Virus record (IMG/VR): IMGVR_UViG_3300009184_000044
Coordinates: 4,394-68,393 of that record
DNA: 64,000 nt
Strand: one strand, 5' to 3'
DNA from: a virus
Both the position numbers and the translations under genes were made by a program. Shown piece by piece: positions 22,401-30,438 of the stretch; the stretch's first letter is position 1; every line of letters begins with the position of its first letter. A model generated the notes under the pieces. That model was not told the origin of the DNA. It saw only the letters and a list, made by a program, of their open reading frames with translations, and did no database searches.

Positions 22401-22964
22401 AATTTTACAACTAACGCAACTAACTGGACTGGAGCTGGTGCTACTGGTCGTGACACTACTCGTTTTTATCAGACCCCAGCCAGTCTTTCTGTAGGTACAG
22501 ATGGGACTGTCTTTACAGCATACTATACTGAATCTAGTTCAAGTAAATATTATTCTGGTGGAGTATATACTTCTAGTGCTTATGTCTATACAGGTTCAGC
22601 ATGCGGTGTCACTATTAACATAGATTTCTACAATGGAAATATTCTTTTGAATGGCTCAGTTCAACAGACTTTTGTAATGCCTGCTGCTACTTGGACAAGA
22701 GTAAATACTGGAGCTGCAACTGCACCAGCTGGTACTAATAAAATAAGACTTTGGATATCTAAGGGTACTGGTGGAGGAATAATGAATATTGATGCTGTAT
22801 TGATTGAACCTGTAGATACTTTAGGAACTTATTTTGATGGACCAACTTTTGGTGGAGCATTTAGTTTTACTTATTCAGATAATACAACTGGTTCAATGAC
22901 TACAGCAGGTTATGTGACGTTAGCAGCTGATGATGGTAGAACAGATTATACTGAAGTTACTTAG
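16431..22964 (+). CDS. large tail fibre / receptor-binding protein (start may be TTG at 16440)
   Basis: 2177 aa, Thr/Ser/Gly-rich. Contains fibre modules VGLGNVDNTTDANKPVS, FIDFHSG..DYDSRII and RVLIKNQT..QNGIYVV, plus a C-terminal CBM-like domain. Confidence 0.8.
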   Translation: MTQLASRRITRTKSFSSYLSSINDEVSVLKSRDDTTGLGLANGSVSANSLADELSLASNGIHSSNYIPNYAGWRISGSGVAEFSDVFVRGDINAYSGTIGYWNISSPSVSRTFGDITLYGTFLESAAIGDSDVNKTSGTYVALFKSYELQPNFIVSKYRRDNIATITTPGHAFLLGDKVYVSIDGDVDGFNALASPVSIIQATGDTISYINDGVDFTNLNSSGDAVTNNSIGTVTLYNPDVAGLYLKDYSKREFDYGYFSNTGVSYTSAEDINVIENPSFEYNSAYSDTSWAAGAGLTLTSSGVSLSSSSVYRGGSAFGLGLNWTTAVSTYLTGNIDYTAGKSYNVFGLGRNLYFGISIFPKYTPAESTISSIQTFNLTGNFTSATATATTITYTGSGLNFSAGQYITVPQPGTVGFTTNASRFNITNQKIKTANSTTVTVELAGAAVSETAAVTASTGLLRVIIPATSPFTSGDTAFLDADAGVYNATYGEITNYYSPHTIADGTQGYTYTVAPFPVPTTTTFYLQTEYGFTETTATNLTLESHYNTGGVVSRTQKIFKPYELALDLSAIAFTYSTGSVSTSISNVLSSGTTALWSSSSRNKYLISTANDYMLGYLDSTVKIPAMKKSISTILDGASINAAYLAADATGYNLSSDIKINIPGWLVLHDGNGIVPPSPTKLETIGYIADSVYLSTASNFFYGNELTNYRWYTATTDAVVSGPSQASIEGTKSWIDVNLVSQSAHLDYFDYVGFRNNTFDYTMTARPGITILDTTATIAKFPDSVYETTTVTGGKYQYSTSSTTYRNISPSLKLLTGERSSAFELSTLSKTVNSSGTEDFSKGAVVYGVYNQNDSGSTTIYTGSDKFVWTSYTSLLDNENLAQVIFEPDLATFKQKVLGLSGFTGSTLRLTTSSALSLISSSHALQLGATESANLRADSNEIQAVTASVASTMFLNRSGGNVNIGNAASTITVIGDLKVNGAAVYDGGVSYAGTGTYARLRATATDSVGTGTQGFQLGANGAVNLQMDRNSIQVYSGTGSNKSAIGVNSLGGDVTIGSSTSTVSIPGTTSFANVDTTGHVSAGGAIYTSTGNIRTFNGDLYTSSGNIYTSSGGFTGDTIRLTSTTDVTAISTAHAFQIGAATSGTANLRIDSNEIGAFTFNTPSTLSLNNLGGTVSIGSTSSDVLIKKLTVAGYVTNAADGTLGTTTSIPKSVVGLGNVENTALSTWGGSTNITTVGSISAGTWNATAIADGKIASALTGKTYNGLTITTSTGTLTIAASKTLTVNNTIAISATNDSNSGLNIGGGGTLGSAAFTASTAYISSTLMSALGDTIYGGASGAATKLLGNTTSTKKFLRQTGDGTASAAPAWDTVTKTDVGLGNVDNTTDANKPVSTATQTALDLKANLASPAFTGTATSTGLTVNGLLEVQTGAVRVALFGGDANGSIELGKLGVSTTPFIDFHSGATTTDYDSRIIASGGNGTSGQGTLTYNAATHVFSGGINNAVFTGNIPTVTGSDAGSVKYDTNLVNRAYLDSQIINLIWREQVKCATTAALGASDSNSLGNLLGGTITPTYSNVLGTTSTDGTGYFGITSSTSQTIASSGSLVFALTLASSPHALSIGQSVRISVTDTPSTYMDGTITLISQSSMTVTINASSGSGTYSTWTISTIRSTLTVTPSVNWTQVTIDGQSLAINDRVLIKNQTAALQNGIYVVTGIGAVGTTTPFIFTRAFDSDLASENFVRYGVYVQYGSTYSDKTFTNIVNGDVTMGTTSLTFALAGGLANAIVPTSGTYRIPYTNATRGLTYTNASTQPGQLLKSGYAAPGANAPGWYDANPFEVKTGKIASGDWDTNTDGEATVTFNVPFPKGVVPNITFTPVSSSTNYIHSVTLKALPNYTGFTAIIRSWDGTNIITSQIPTTYWIATQGGRTSKSAIDITATSGNGSLVTITTDTAHGFITSDKVTIAGVVPTGYNGTYTVSTSSTIRYNYCLNPNFTTNATNWTGAGATGRDTTRFYQTPASLSVGTDGTVFTAYYTESSSSKYYSGGVYTSSAYVYTGSACGVTINIDFYNGNILLNGSVQQTFVMPAATWTRVNTGAATAPAGTNKIRLWISKGTGGGIMNIDAVLIEPVDTLGTYFDGPTFGGAFSFTYSDNTTGSMTTAGYVTLAADDGRTDYTEVT

Positions 22965-22980
22965 GATTGGAAAATAAATA

Positions 22981-23109
22981 ATGTTTGTAATTTTAAAAAT
23001 AACTACTAATGAGGTGGATGAATTTATTGTATATAATAAACTAACTAATTTAGAGGCTGCTCGATACTCAACTTACGATGAGGCTTTCAAAGACCTTCTA
23101 TCTAGATAG
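22981..23109 (+). CDS. small hypothetical protein (42 aa, not in the ORF track)
   Basis: MFVILKITTNEVDEFIVYNKLTNLEAARYSTYDEAFKDLLSR* fills the gap after the fibre gene. Confidence 0.45.
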   Translation: MFVILKITTNEVDEFIVYNKLTNLEAARYSTYDEAFKDLLSR

Positions 23110-23659
23110 TTTTCTTTTTACTAGCAGCTTTAGCATCTTTAGCTGCTTGCTTGGCTTTATTTTTTTCTCTAATCTTTTGATTTTTAATCTTATCTCGCTC
23201 AGCTTTAGCTAATCTTTCAGCTAACCAAGCGTGATAAGCATCTACAGCATTTGCACTAGTTCTACTCTGCCATTGAAATTTACAACTAGAGCATTCAACT
23301 ACACGCATAGTCGACCAACGACCTCCGGTTGGACGCTTTACTGTTTTAGTCTTTAGTTTTATTGTTGGTGATGCACAGTAAGCACAGATAGGATACTTAC
23401 CTCTACGCATTTCTTGACCTTCCCAGTTAATAGAAAGTGCTCTTCGCATTTCTCCCTGGTCTAATCCGCCCCAAACTCCATACATTTGTTTTTCCTCTAA
23501 AGCACTCTTGACGCAGTCTTTTCTCACGGGACAGGTAAAACATAAACTTTTGGCTTGCTCTTGTTCATACTTTTTATTAGAAAAAAAGAAGTCCATTTTG
23601 TCTCTATTTTTTAGTTTTCCGCACTCGGCATCTTCATACCATTCAGGATTGGTAATCAC
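23102..23659 (-). CDS. whiB: WhiB-family transcription factor with C-terminal zinc ribbon and basic tail
   Basis: W...A.C, AKSLCFTCPVRKDC and YGVWGG (four Cys plus G[IV]WGG), then CAYC...CSSC. Confidence 0.85.
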   Translation of the reverse strand: MITNPEWYEDAECGKLKNRDKMDFFFSNKKYEQEQAKSLCFTCPVRKDCVKSALEEKQMYGVWGGLDQGEMRRALSINWEGQEMRRGKYPICAYCASPTIKLKTKTVKRPTGGRWSTMRVVECSSCKFQWQSRTSANAVDAYHAWLAERLAKAERDKIKNQKIREKNKAKQAAKDAKAASKKKTI

Positions 23660-24003
23660 TCGTCATGCACCTCTACAAAAGTAACGTGTAGAACTTCAGC
23701 GACTTCATCTCCATTTATGGTTGAGCCGTCATCTTGGCAAAAAGTAAGGTGATAGTTTCCATTTACTTCGCCCGCATATCCTTGGGATATAGCGGCAGAG
23801 TCTAAAAGTTTGAAGGCATCACCTAAAGAGGAAACAACTCCGTCTCTTTGGATAGAGGATGCTAATGCTCGCCTAACGACTTCGTGGTCTAGGTCAACAT
23901 GGTCGTAGGTAAAATATATAATCGAGCTATCTTCTAGCTTACGGGGGTAGCTATAGCCATCCCACTCAAACCAAAGCGACTCGCCTTTTCTGGAATCTTT
24001 CAT
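23656..24003 (-). CDS. hypothetical protein, probably leaderless (ATG 24003)
   Basis: ORF track gives 23656..24048. CTGACA-17-TACAAT lies 6 nt before ATG 24003. Confidence 0.6.
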   Translation of the reverse strand: MKDSRKGESLWFEWDGYSYPRKLEDSSIIYFTYDHVDLDHEVVRRALASSIQRDGVVSSLGDAFKLLDSAAISQGYAGEVNGNYHLTFCQDDGSTINGDEVAEVLHVTFVEVHDE

Positions 24004-24062
24004 GTTACGATTGTACCCCGACAAGTCTAACTTGTCAGGGTGAGTCACCGTGGATTACAAAA

Positions 24063-24272
24063 CTAGATTCTAGAGATACTTCTCTTTACAGTAGCGTAGC
24101 AAGTTACTTTGTAAGTACCTTCACCCAGCTGAACTTTATACTCTGTATCTACTAAATTATCTAGTGCATCTTCGTCTGATTCTAGAAAAGAAGATATACG
24201 TTTTAAGGCTACTTCTTTTACATCAGTTAGGGTTTTTCCTGTTAGTTCTAATTCAAAAGTTACTTTAGACAT
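24063..24272 (-). CDS. hypothetical protein
   Basis: 69 aa, TAATG-coupled to the upstream gene. Confidence 0.6.
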   Translation of the reverse strand: MSKVTFELELTGKTLTDVKEVALKRISSFLESDEDALDNLVDTEYKVQLGEGTYKVTCYATVKRSISRI

Positions 24273-24700
24273 TATTGTATTCTCTTTTCTAGTCGGTCTG
24301 GTGAATAGTGGACGCCTTCAAGGTCTGGTTGCTTACCATCAGTTGATTTGAAGATTACATCTCCGTAGCGGATAGCAATAATCTTACCTCTACGTCCGTT
24401 GTGGATAGCACCAGTAGCATCCTTAAAAGCATTAGTTGCAACTCTTACTTCATCGCCAACGACTAGCTGACCTGCTCTAGCCTGTACCCAGACTTCGTCT
24501 ATACTAGCCTCAGGCGAGCTTAGAGCCTCATTTAGAGCAAGTTTACTAAACATCTCTACAGCTTCTTTAGCCATATTTGGAGATAGTTTTGTATCTTTGG
24601 CCCAAGTCTCTAGTAAGTTTAGAACAGCGTTTCCTGAACCAACTTTAGCTTTTACTTCTTCTAACTGTTGTCTTACCCAATTAAAATTTACTTCTGGCAT
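24272..24700 (-). CDS. hypothetical protein with an SH3/KOW-like C-terminal domain
   Basis: LVVGDEVRV...NGRRGKIIAI pattern; coupled to both neighbours. Confidence 0.55.
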   Translation of the reverse strand: MPEVNFNWVRQQLEEVKAKVGSGNAVLNLLETWAKDTKLSPNMAKEAVEMFSKLALNEALSSPEASIDEVWVQARAGQLVVGDEVRVATNAFKDATGAIHNGRRGKIIAIRYGDVIFKSTDGKQPDLEGVHYSPDRLEKRIQ

Positions 24701-25725
24701 TATTCTGTTTCTTTCCTTGTTAGTCCTAAAATAGTCTCAAATAGAACGCTATTCTGGGTGTTTGAATTTATTGAATTTAAGTATTCTTCTTTTTGCTTAG
24801 TAGCAAGTAGATATCTATCAAATGCAGTCATATCTTCAATCTCGGATGCTAGAACATTCCAACTATTTCCAATTCTTGAAGACTCTCTCCATTCGGTTGC
24901 AATTGGTGTTAATTCATTCATTGCCTGAGCATAGACGAATGACCACCAAGTGCCTCCTTTACGCCTCTGAGGGGCCACTAGAACGCCTATAGAGTCGGAA
25001 ATGGTCTCGGATATCACTTGATTTGTATGGGCTTTAGATGTCCTCATAGGCTCTATAGGGTGGCGAATAGTCCTCCCTATGGCACTAGTCCAGGTGCCGT
25101 TTGCCTCTGTAGTCACCCATCGGTCTGTGGTTGTATAGAATTCTGGAGTAGATTTTGTTATGTATAAAGAGTCTAGGTTTATACCTATAAGCGACTCTGA
25201 TGCACCAGTGGGTAGTAACTCTGCTACTGACTCGTTTGTCTTCCATGGGAGGCTTGGGTAAATGGTGGTTGGCCACTTTTCAGATAAAAGTTTTGAGCAA
25301 GCATCTACTAAGATGTCAAGATATTCTGAAGATAAAGCTAAAGAATACTCGCTACGTTTATTGTAGAAAGCACCAACTAATTTTTCTGGCTGTCTTACAA
25401 CTGATGCAAGGCTATGTCCAAGTACCCAGTATTGTGGCGAATCAATCACCAATTTAAGTTTGTCTGAGCCAAATAGTTTTTGAATTACATTCAATGCACC
25501 GTATGCTCTATTGGCACTTATAGCAGTAGGTGGAACAACTCCAACAAATACTGCATCGTATATATCTAAATCTTCCTTTGACCAAATTATGCTGGATGGC
25601 ATCCACTCAACGTCGTGCCCATCATTAGTTAGGGACTCATTCAAAGCAGCAAAAAATCCAAAGTTGGTTAGATGTGCTTTTGGGGATACATGGCTAGATG
25701 CCATTCCTGTCAAAAGAATTTTCAT
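24700..25725 (-). CDS. putative glycosyltransferase-like protein (GT-B fold?)
   Basis: MKILLTG N-terminus, DGHDVEW, YDAVFVG and GTWWS..YAQA. Resembles GT-like genes in actinophage replication modules; function not secure. Confidence 0.45.
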   Translation of the reverse strand: MKILLTGMASSHVSPKAHLTNFGFFAALNESLTNDGHDVEWMPSSIIWSKEDLDIYDAVFVGVVPPTAISANRAYGALNVIQKLFGSDKLKLVIDSPQYWVLGHSLASVVRQPEKLVGAFYNKRSEYSLALSSEYLDILVDACSKLLSEKWPTTIYPSLPWKTNESVAELLPTGASESLIGINLDSLYITKSTPEFYTTTDRWVTTEANGTWTSAIGRTIRHPIEPMRTSKAHTNQVISETISDSIGVLVAPQRRKGGTWWSFVYAQAMNELTPIATEWRESSRIGNSWNVLASEIEDMTAFDRYLLATKQKEEYLNSINSNTQNSVLFETILGLTRKETE

Positions 25726-25742
25726 GTTTATCCTTAATCAAT

Positions 25743-25777
25743 AGCAGGGGGACACTGCATAGGCAATGCCCCCCGCT
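25743..25777 (-). terminator. hairpin downstream of the SSB gene
   Basis: agcagggggacactgc-atag-gcaatgccccccgct, an imperfect inverted repeat. Confidence 0.45.
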
Positions 25778-25787
25778 ACCTAGTTGA

Positions 25788-26339
25788 TTAGAACGGAGCG
25801 TCTGCCGAACTCACTGGAGCCGCTGGGGCTGGAGCAGGAGCAGATGCGTACACCGGAGCAGCAGCAGGTGCTGGAGCCGGAGCTGGAGGTGCTACAGGGG
25901 CTGATGCCACTGCGTTAGGAACAACACCATCAACGACTGCTGGGAAATAGTCCTTGATTTCGTTGCTCTTCTTGCCCTGCCAAGTGCGAGAACCTACACG
26001 GCCACGGAAAGAACGGTCACGAAGAGCCGCTTCAATCTGTGCATTAGTTGGGTTCTGGTCGAAGTAAGACTTCGGTAGACCTAGGGATTCCATCTTCTTG
26101 AAGAAGATACCTAGTGCTGCAGCTGAATCTGGAGAAACAACTAGGTTGTCCCAGATACGACGCTTAGCGTGTGGTCCACCCTGTACTTCGGTGGTGATGG
26201 CAAACATGGTCTTGCCAGACTGAGACACCTTTGCAGTTGCCTCGATTACCTTCAAGGCATAGTCGCCATCTGGTAGTGGTTCAAAGCTAGAGGTTTCTCC
26301 AGCTTCTTTAACTAGGTCGCTCCAATTGAGTGAACTCAT
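25788..26339 (-). CDS. DUF669-type single-stranded DNA-binding protein
   Basis: FEPLPDGDY...SGK.M motif; Pro/Ala linker and C-terminal DAPF tail. Confidence 0.75.
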   Translation of the reverse strand: MSSLNWSDLVKEAGETSSFEPLPDGDYALKVIEATAKVSQSGKTMFAITTEVQGGPHAKRRIWDNLVVSPDSAAALGIFFKKMESLGLPKSYFDQNPTNAQIEAALRDRSFRGRVGSRTWQGKKSNEIKDYFPAVVDGVVPNAVASAPVAPPAPAPAPAAAPVYASAPAPAPAAPVSSADAPF

Positions 26340-26351
26340 AGTTTATATTTC

Positions 26352-27122
26352 CTAACTGTTCTGTGTTGGGGTTGGGTTGATAGCCTTCGCTCCGAAGACC
26401 ATATCGAGCATTCTTTCAATGCCCAAATCTTGCTGTTCAACGACTTTTCCAAGTCGTCCTTGAACACGTTCACCAGCTTCATATTCTGGTGTACGTTCTA
26501 CATACATACGACGAACCTTGTATGGAGGTTGCATTGGGTCAGGATTTGGAATCTGCTCCACTGTAACTGCTCCTAGGATGTCATAGAAGTAGGGTGCCTG
26601 AATTGCTAGCTGACCTTGTAGGTAAGGACGGTATACGCCATCCTGACCCTTACGAGCCATAGCAGTCAGTACTACAGCCTCAAGAGGCTGAGTTGGGTGC
26701 ATTGTAAGGTCACGCAAGTCACGAAGTAGAGCACCCATGTGGCGAAGTAGTTCGCCCCACTGTTGCATCTTCATTTGCTCGGTACCAGCAATATTGTCCA
26801 TACACTTAACCTGCAACTCAGAAATTGAGTCGATGATTAGTGATTTGAACTGGTGCTTTCCAGTTTGTAGCCACTGGAATGCCTTCATAACCACATCATA
26901 GTCGCGAACACTCACAACTACGGTGTCCCAGGTTCCATCAGCCACAGGTGGCTCTTCACGGATTGGGTCCCAGTACTTTACATTGATTGGGAGGAATCTA
27001 TGTCCACCCTCAACGTCAAGCATTAGGCGTGGGTATGGTGCGGTGACTGCAAGGGTAGATTTACCTACCTTTGACTCGCCATAGACCATCAAGGTCAAAG
27101 AACGTTGTACGTTTGACATCAT
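26352..27122 (-). CDS. AAA_24 / Sak4-like ATPase recombinase
   Basis: Walker A YGESKVGKST, LDVEGG and Walker B IIDSISE; lies between the exonuclease and SSB genes. Confidence 0.8.
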   Translation of the reverse strand: MMSNVQRSLTLMVYGESKVGKSTLAVTAPYPRLMLDVEGGHRFLPINVKYWDPIREEPPVADGTWDTVVVSVRDYDVVMKAFQWLQTGKHQFKSLIIDSISELQVKCMDNIAGTEQMKMQQWGELLRHMGALLRDLRDLTMHPTQPLEAVVLTAMARKGQDGVYRPYLQGQLAIQAPYFYDILGAVTVEQIPNPDPMQPPYKVRRMYVERTPEYEAGERVQGRLGKVVEQQDLGIERMLDMVFGAKAINPTPTQNS

Positions 27123-28078
27123 TCACTTCCTTTTTTCTCTTCAGTGTTACCATAGTAGTCATATGGGTTTCCTACCACATATGAATCTTCAATTGCCGCT
27201 TCTGCAGCTGAGCCATCATCTACTAGTGGACAGATGGCAAAGAATTGACACTTCCACTTGCAGTCGCGACTCGGACGAGGATATGCAACCAACTGGTGGT
27301 CAACGCCCTCGTCTAATGCTCTGCGAACTGTGAGCATATCACCTATGCTACCAGTTAAGCGTTTCCAAAACGCACGCAAAGCAAAAATATTATGACGAAC
27401 TTCCATCTGCTCGTAGAAAGGTGGCTTTGCATTAGCAGTACGCTTTACCTTTTTTATTAGAGTAAAGATACCACCGTCAGAGCGTTCACCCTCTTTGTTC
27501 TGAGCAGCCTCTAGTGTCATGTATGTAAGAATCTGTTCGTTCATATGTGCAGTTGCACCGAACTCAGTAAAAGAGCCACCAACAGTTTTAAAGTCACGGA
27601 ACATACGAGCACCGTCTGACTTGCGACGAACACGCATATCAATCTTGCCTTGAAGTTCTACAGCACCGTCAAACATTGGCATTGAAATAATTTCTTCAGT
27701 AGAAATCATCTCTAGTTCAGCATCGATACCCTCGTCCTCTACCCATTGTAGATAGCCTTCAAGCATAATACGACCGAGTTCTGCCTCTGCATCTAGGTCA
27801 GAAGTATCTCGGTAATCATCCATTAGAGTCTTGCGGTCAGCGGCTACTAGATTAGAGTGAGCCTCTAGTAGACCAATCTTGCCCTCGGAAGAATAGTACT
27901 GGTCTAGTGCCTCGTGAATACGAGAACCTAATGCTAGTGGGCCAACAAACTCCTGTTGCTTTGGCTTTAGTCGACGATAATATGCTAACCACCACTTGCG
28001 ACGGCAGTCCTTGAATGTTTGAATTTCTGAGTTAGAAACTCTTAGTGGGCCATGCCCGCCTGTGTAATCATATGTCAT
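27119..28078 (-). CDS. Cas4/RecB-like PD-(D/E)XK exonuclease
   Basis: SNSEIQTFKDCRRKW, GKID, RDFKT and a C-terminal C..C...C Fe-S motif. Confidence 0.85.
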   Translation of the reverse strand: MTYDYTGGHGPLRVSNSEIQTFKDCRRKWWLAYYRRLKPKQQEFVGPLALGSRIHEALDQYYSSEGKIGLLEAHSNLVAADRKTLMDDYRDTSDLDAEAELGRIMLEGYLQWVEDEGIDAELEMISTEEIISMPMFDGAVELQGKIDMRVRRKSDGARMFRDFKTVGGSFTEFGATAHMNEQILTYMTLEAAQNKEGERSDGGIFTLIKKVKRTANAKPPFYEQMEVRHNIFALRAFWKRLTGSIGDMLTVRRALDEGVDHQLVAYPRPSRDCKWKCQFFAICPLVDDGSAAEAAIEDSYVVGNPYDYYGNTEEKKGSE

Positions 28079-28087
28079 GTGTTTACC

Positions 28088-29896
28088 TTACTTAGTCTTC
28101 TCTTCTTTTAGCAATTCGAGAAGTTTGCTCTTATCCCGAACGATTTGTTCGAAATTATCTGCTTTTGTATCTAGTGCCTGAATAACGCGTTCTTCAATTG
28201 TATCTTCGGTTACATAATCAGTGATAATCACTGAGTCGTGAATCTCAGAACCAATACGGTGAACTCGGTCCATGGCCTGTTTGTGGTCAACAAGAGACCA
28301 TGGTCTTTGTAGCATAACAAGTCTGCGAGCCGCTGTCAAGGTCACTCCTACACCACCTGCTTGAGCGGTGAATAGAATCCATTTTATACGACCTGACTGG
28401 AAATCGTCAATAGCCTTTTGGCGTTCATCTTCATCTTGAGCACCAGTAATTAATCCATGTTCAATTCCAGCCTTAGTCATACGAGCACTTAGTAATTCAA
28501 TCAACTGACGAGATACAGCACACACTGCAACAGAATCATCTCCGAAGTCGCCTTCATCAATGTCTTCCATTAGAGCATCTACCTTACACGATGGGTCTGA
28601 CAAAAGTATTTTTTCTGCTCCATCTTCTCCAATAGTTACTTCAGCGTATGAGCTAGCCAACTGCAGTAGACGAATAGTTTGAGTCAATGGATTAGGTGCA
28701 ACTACTGCCTCGCCTACTCCTGGCTCTTCCTTTTCTAGAAGTGCAATCATATTGTCTCGCATTTGTTTATAGGCTTTAGCCTGCTTAGCTGACATCTCAA
28801 CATCACGACGGTCATTGATAATCTCTGGTAGCCAAGGTAACACACGAGATTTCAACATGCGACGCATGCGAGGATTAATTGCAGCATAGAACTCTTGCTC
28901 CATGTGTGGCTTTACGCCTAGAACCATCATTCCGCCAAAAGCGTTCATCATAGTATTTACCATGCGGTCAATCCACTTGGTTTTGCTAGGCCACTCTTCT
29001 GGAGAAATCCAGTGCAAGATAGCCCACATATCTAAAACGTTGTTAGCAATAGGTGTACCAGTAAGTGCAAAACGAATATCTGCATCGCCACTTGCAGCAA
29101 ATAGAGCACGACTCTGCTTAGATTTAGGGTCTTTTGAGCGGTGCATCTCGTCTGCAACAATTGCTTTGAAGTCAATAAGATTCAACTCACGCTTATGTGA
29201 TTCACAGCGGGAATGTGTAACACGCTCGTCATGTCCACCACAGTCAGGACACTTTGCCAAAGCAATTGAGCCATAAGGTGCTAGACGGGAATGAGTGCGT
29301 AGGGACTCCCAGTTGATTACATAAACATTTGCTGGGTGCTCAAACTGACCACGACGCTGAGTAGCAGTTCCTTTGATAACCTGAACATCAACTCCAGGCC
29401 ACCATCTTTCAAACTCACGCTCCCAGTTCTTTTTCAAAGTATTAGGGCAAACGATTAAGGCTGGAAATACATCTTCGCCCTTGTCATGCATAGACTTTAG
29501 AGCACGGATTGCCTGAGCAGTTTTACCTAGTCCCGGTTCGTCTGCTAAAAGTGCGCGTCTAGCGGTGGATAGGAACTTTACTCCCGCACGCTGATGTGGA
29601 AATAGGTCCTCGTCGCCATCATCTGTAATCTCTAAATCACGAAGTTCATTAGATGGAGTAATACGAGTAGCTACCTCACCAGATGCCCATGCAGCTAGGC
29701 TGGGACCAATTATTAGGTCTTCTCTAAATGTAGAGCGTAGAGCAAGACATCCAGCCCATGAAGTTGGAATACGCCAAACTTGTTCTTTGGCTGACCAAGA
29801 GGCTCCAGGGATACTCTTACATAATTCTTTCAAACGCCATTCGGCATTTATGATGATGTGTTTACCGGAATCATCCAGTTCAACATTTACAGGCAC
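28088..29896 (-). CDS. SNF2-family DNA helicase
   Basis: LADEPGLGKT, ADEMH, LTGTP, GGVGVTL and QAMDRVHRIG motifs. Confidence 0.9.
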   Translation of the reverse strand: MPVNVELDDSGKHIIINAEWRLKELCKSIPGASWSAKEQVWRIPTSWAGCLALRSTFREDLIIGPSLAAWASGEVATRITPSNELRDLEITDDGDEDLFPHQRAGVKFLSTARRALLADEPGLGKTAQAIRALKSMHDKGEDVFPALIVCPNTLKKNWEREFERWWPGVDVQVIKGTATQRRGQFEHPANVYVINWESLRTHSRLAPYGSIALAKCPDCGGHDERVTHSRCESHKRELNLIDFKAIVADEMHRSKDPKSKQSRALFAASGDADIRFALTGTPIANNVLDMWAILHWISPEEWPSKTKWIDRMVNTMMNAFGGMMVLGVKPHMEQEFYAAINPRMRRMLKSRVLPWLPEIINDRRDVEMSAKQAKAYKQMRDNMIALLEKEEPGVGEAVVAPNPLTQTIRLLQLASSYAEVTIGEDGAEKILLSDPSCKVDALMEDIDEGDFGDDSVAVCAVSRQLIELLSARMTKAGIEHGLITGAQDEDERQKAIDDFQSGRIKWILFTAQAGGVGVTLTAARRLVMLQRPWSLVDHKQAMDRVHRIGSEIHDSVIITDYVTEDTIEERVIQALDTKADNFEQIVRDKSKLLELLKEEKTK

Positions 29897-29970
29897 TAGG
29901 CCATCCTTTCGTCGCTAATACATACTAACACAAAAAAATAAAACTTATTGCATTTCTTGCTAATATCTTT

Positions 29971-30438
29971 TTATTTTAATAAATCTAGTGGTTTCCAACC
30001 AATTTTTACTAATCTTAGCAAACCATGTCGGATTGCGTCAAGTGCATGTCCTTCTCCACCTTTGTGCCAATAGCCTAACTTTTTTAGCTTAGGGTTTTCA
30101 AACATGGCTTTGGCATCAGCAGGAGACTGGAAATAGATGTCATCTGGCTCTCTGCCAATGTCCATCATAATCTGCTTTAGGATTCCAATTTGCTCAAGTG
30201 AGTATGGAGCCTGAGAATTTTTTACAGTTTGAGCATTGATAGTAAATCTTTCACAAACGATATCCATCGGCGTGTTGCTAGTTATTGCTAAAGCAAATGC
30301 CTCTCGAATTGGCTTGGCGTACTCGTTTTGCTGGTACTCCCCAGACCACATCAGGACTGGCTCTTCACCATCTTGATAATCAAACATAGCAATTCCTGTT
30401 GCTTTTCCAGGGTCAATTGCAAGAACAAATTTAGGCAT
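29971..30438 (-). CDS. RuvC-like Holliday junction resolvase
   Basis: LAIDPGKATG, VCERF and HALDAIRH motifs. Confidence 0.75.
   Translation of the reverse strand: MPKFVLAIDPGKATGIAMFDYQDGEEPVLMWSGEYQQNEYAKPIREAFALAITSNTPMDIVCERFTINAQTVKNSQAPYSLEQIGILKQIMMDIGREPDDIYFQSPADAKAMFENPKLKKLGYWHKGGEGHALDAIRHGLLRLVKIGWKPLDLLK

Noticed and set aside
27119-28078. CRISPR-Cas system suggested by the Cas4-like gene
   Set aside because: No repeat-spacer array or other cas genes. It sits in the usual exonuclease-recombinase-SSB module.
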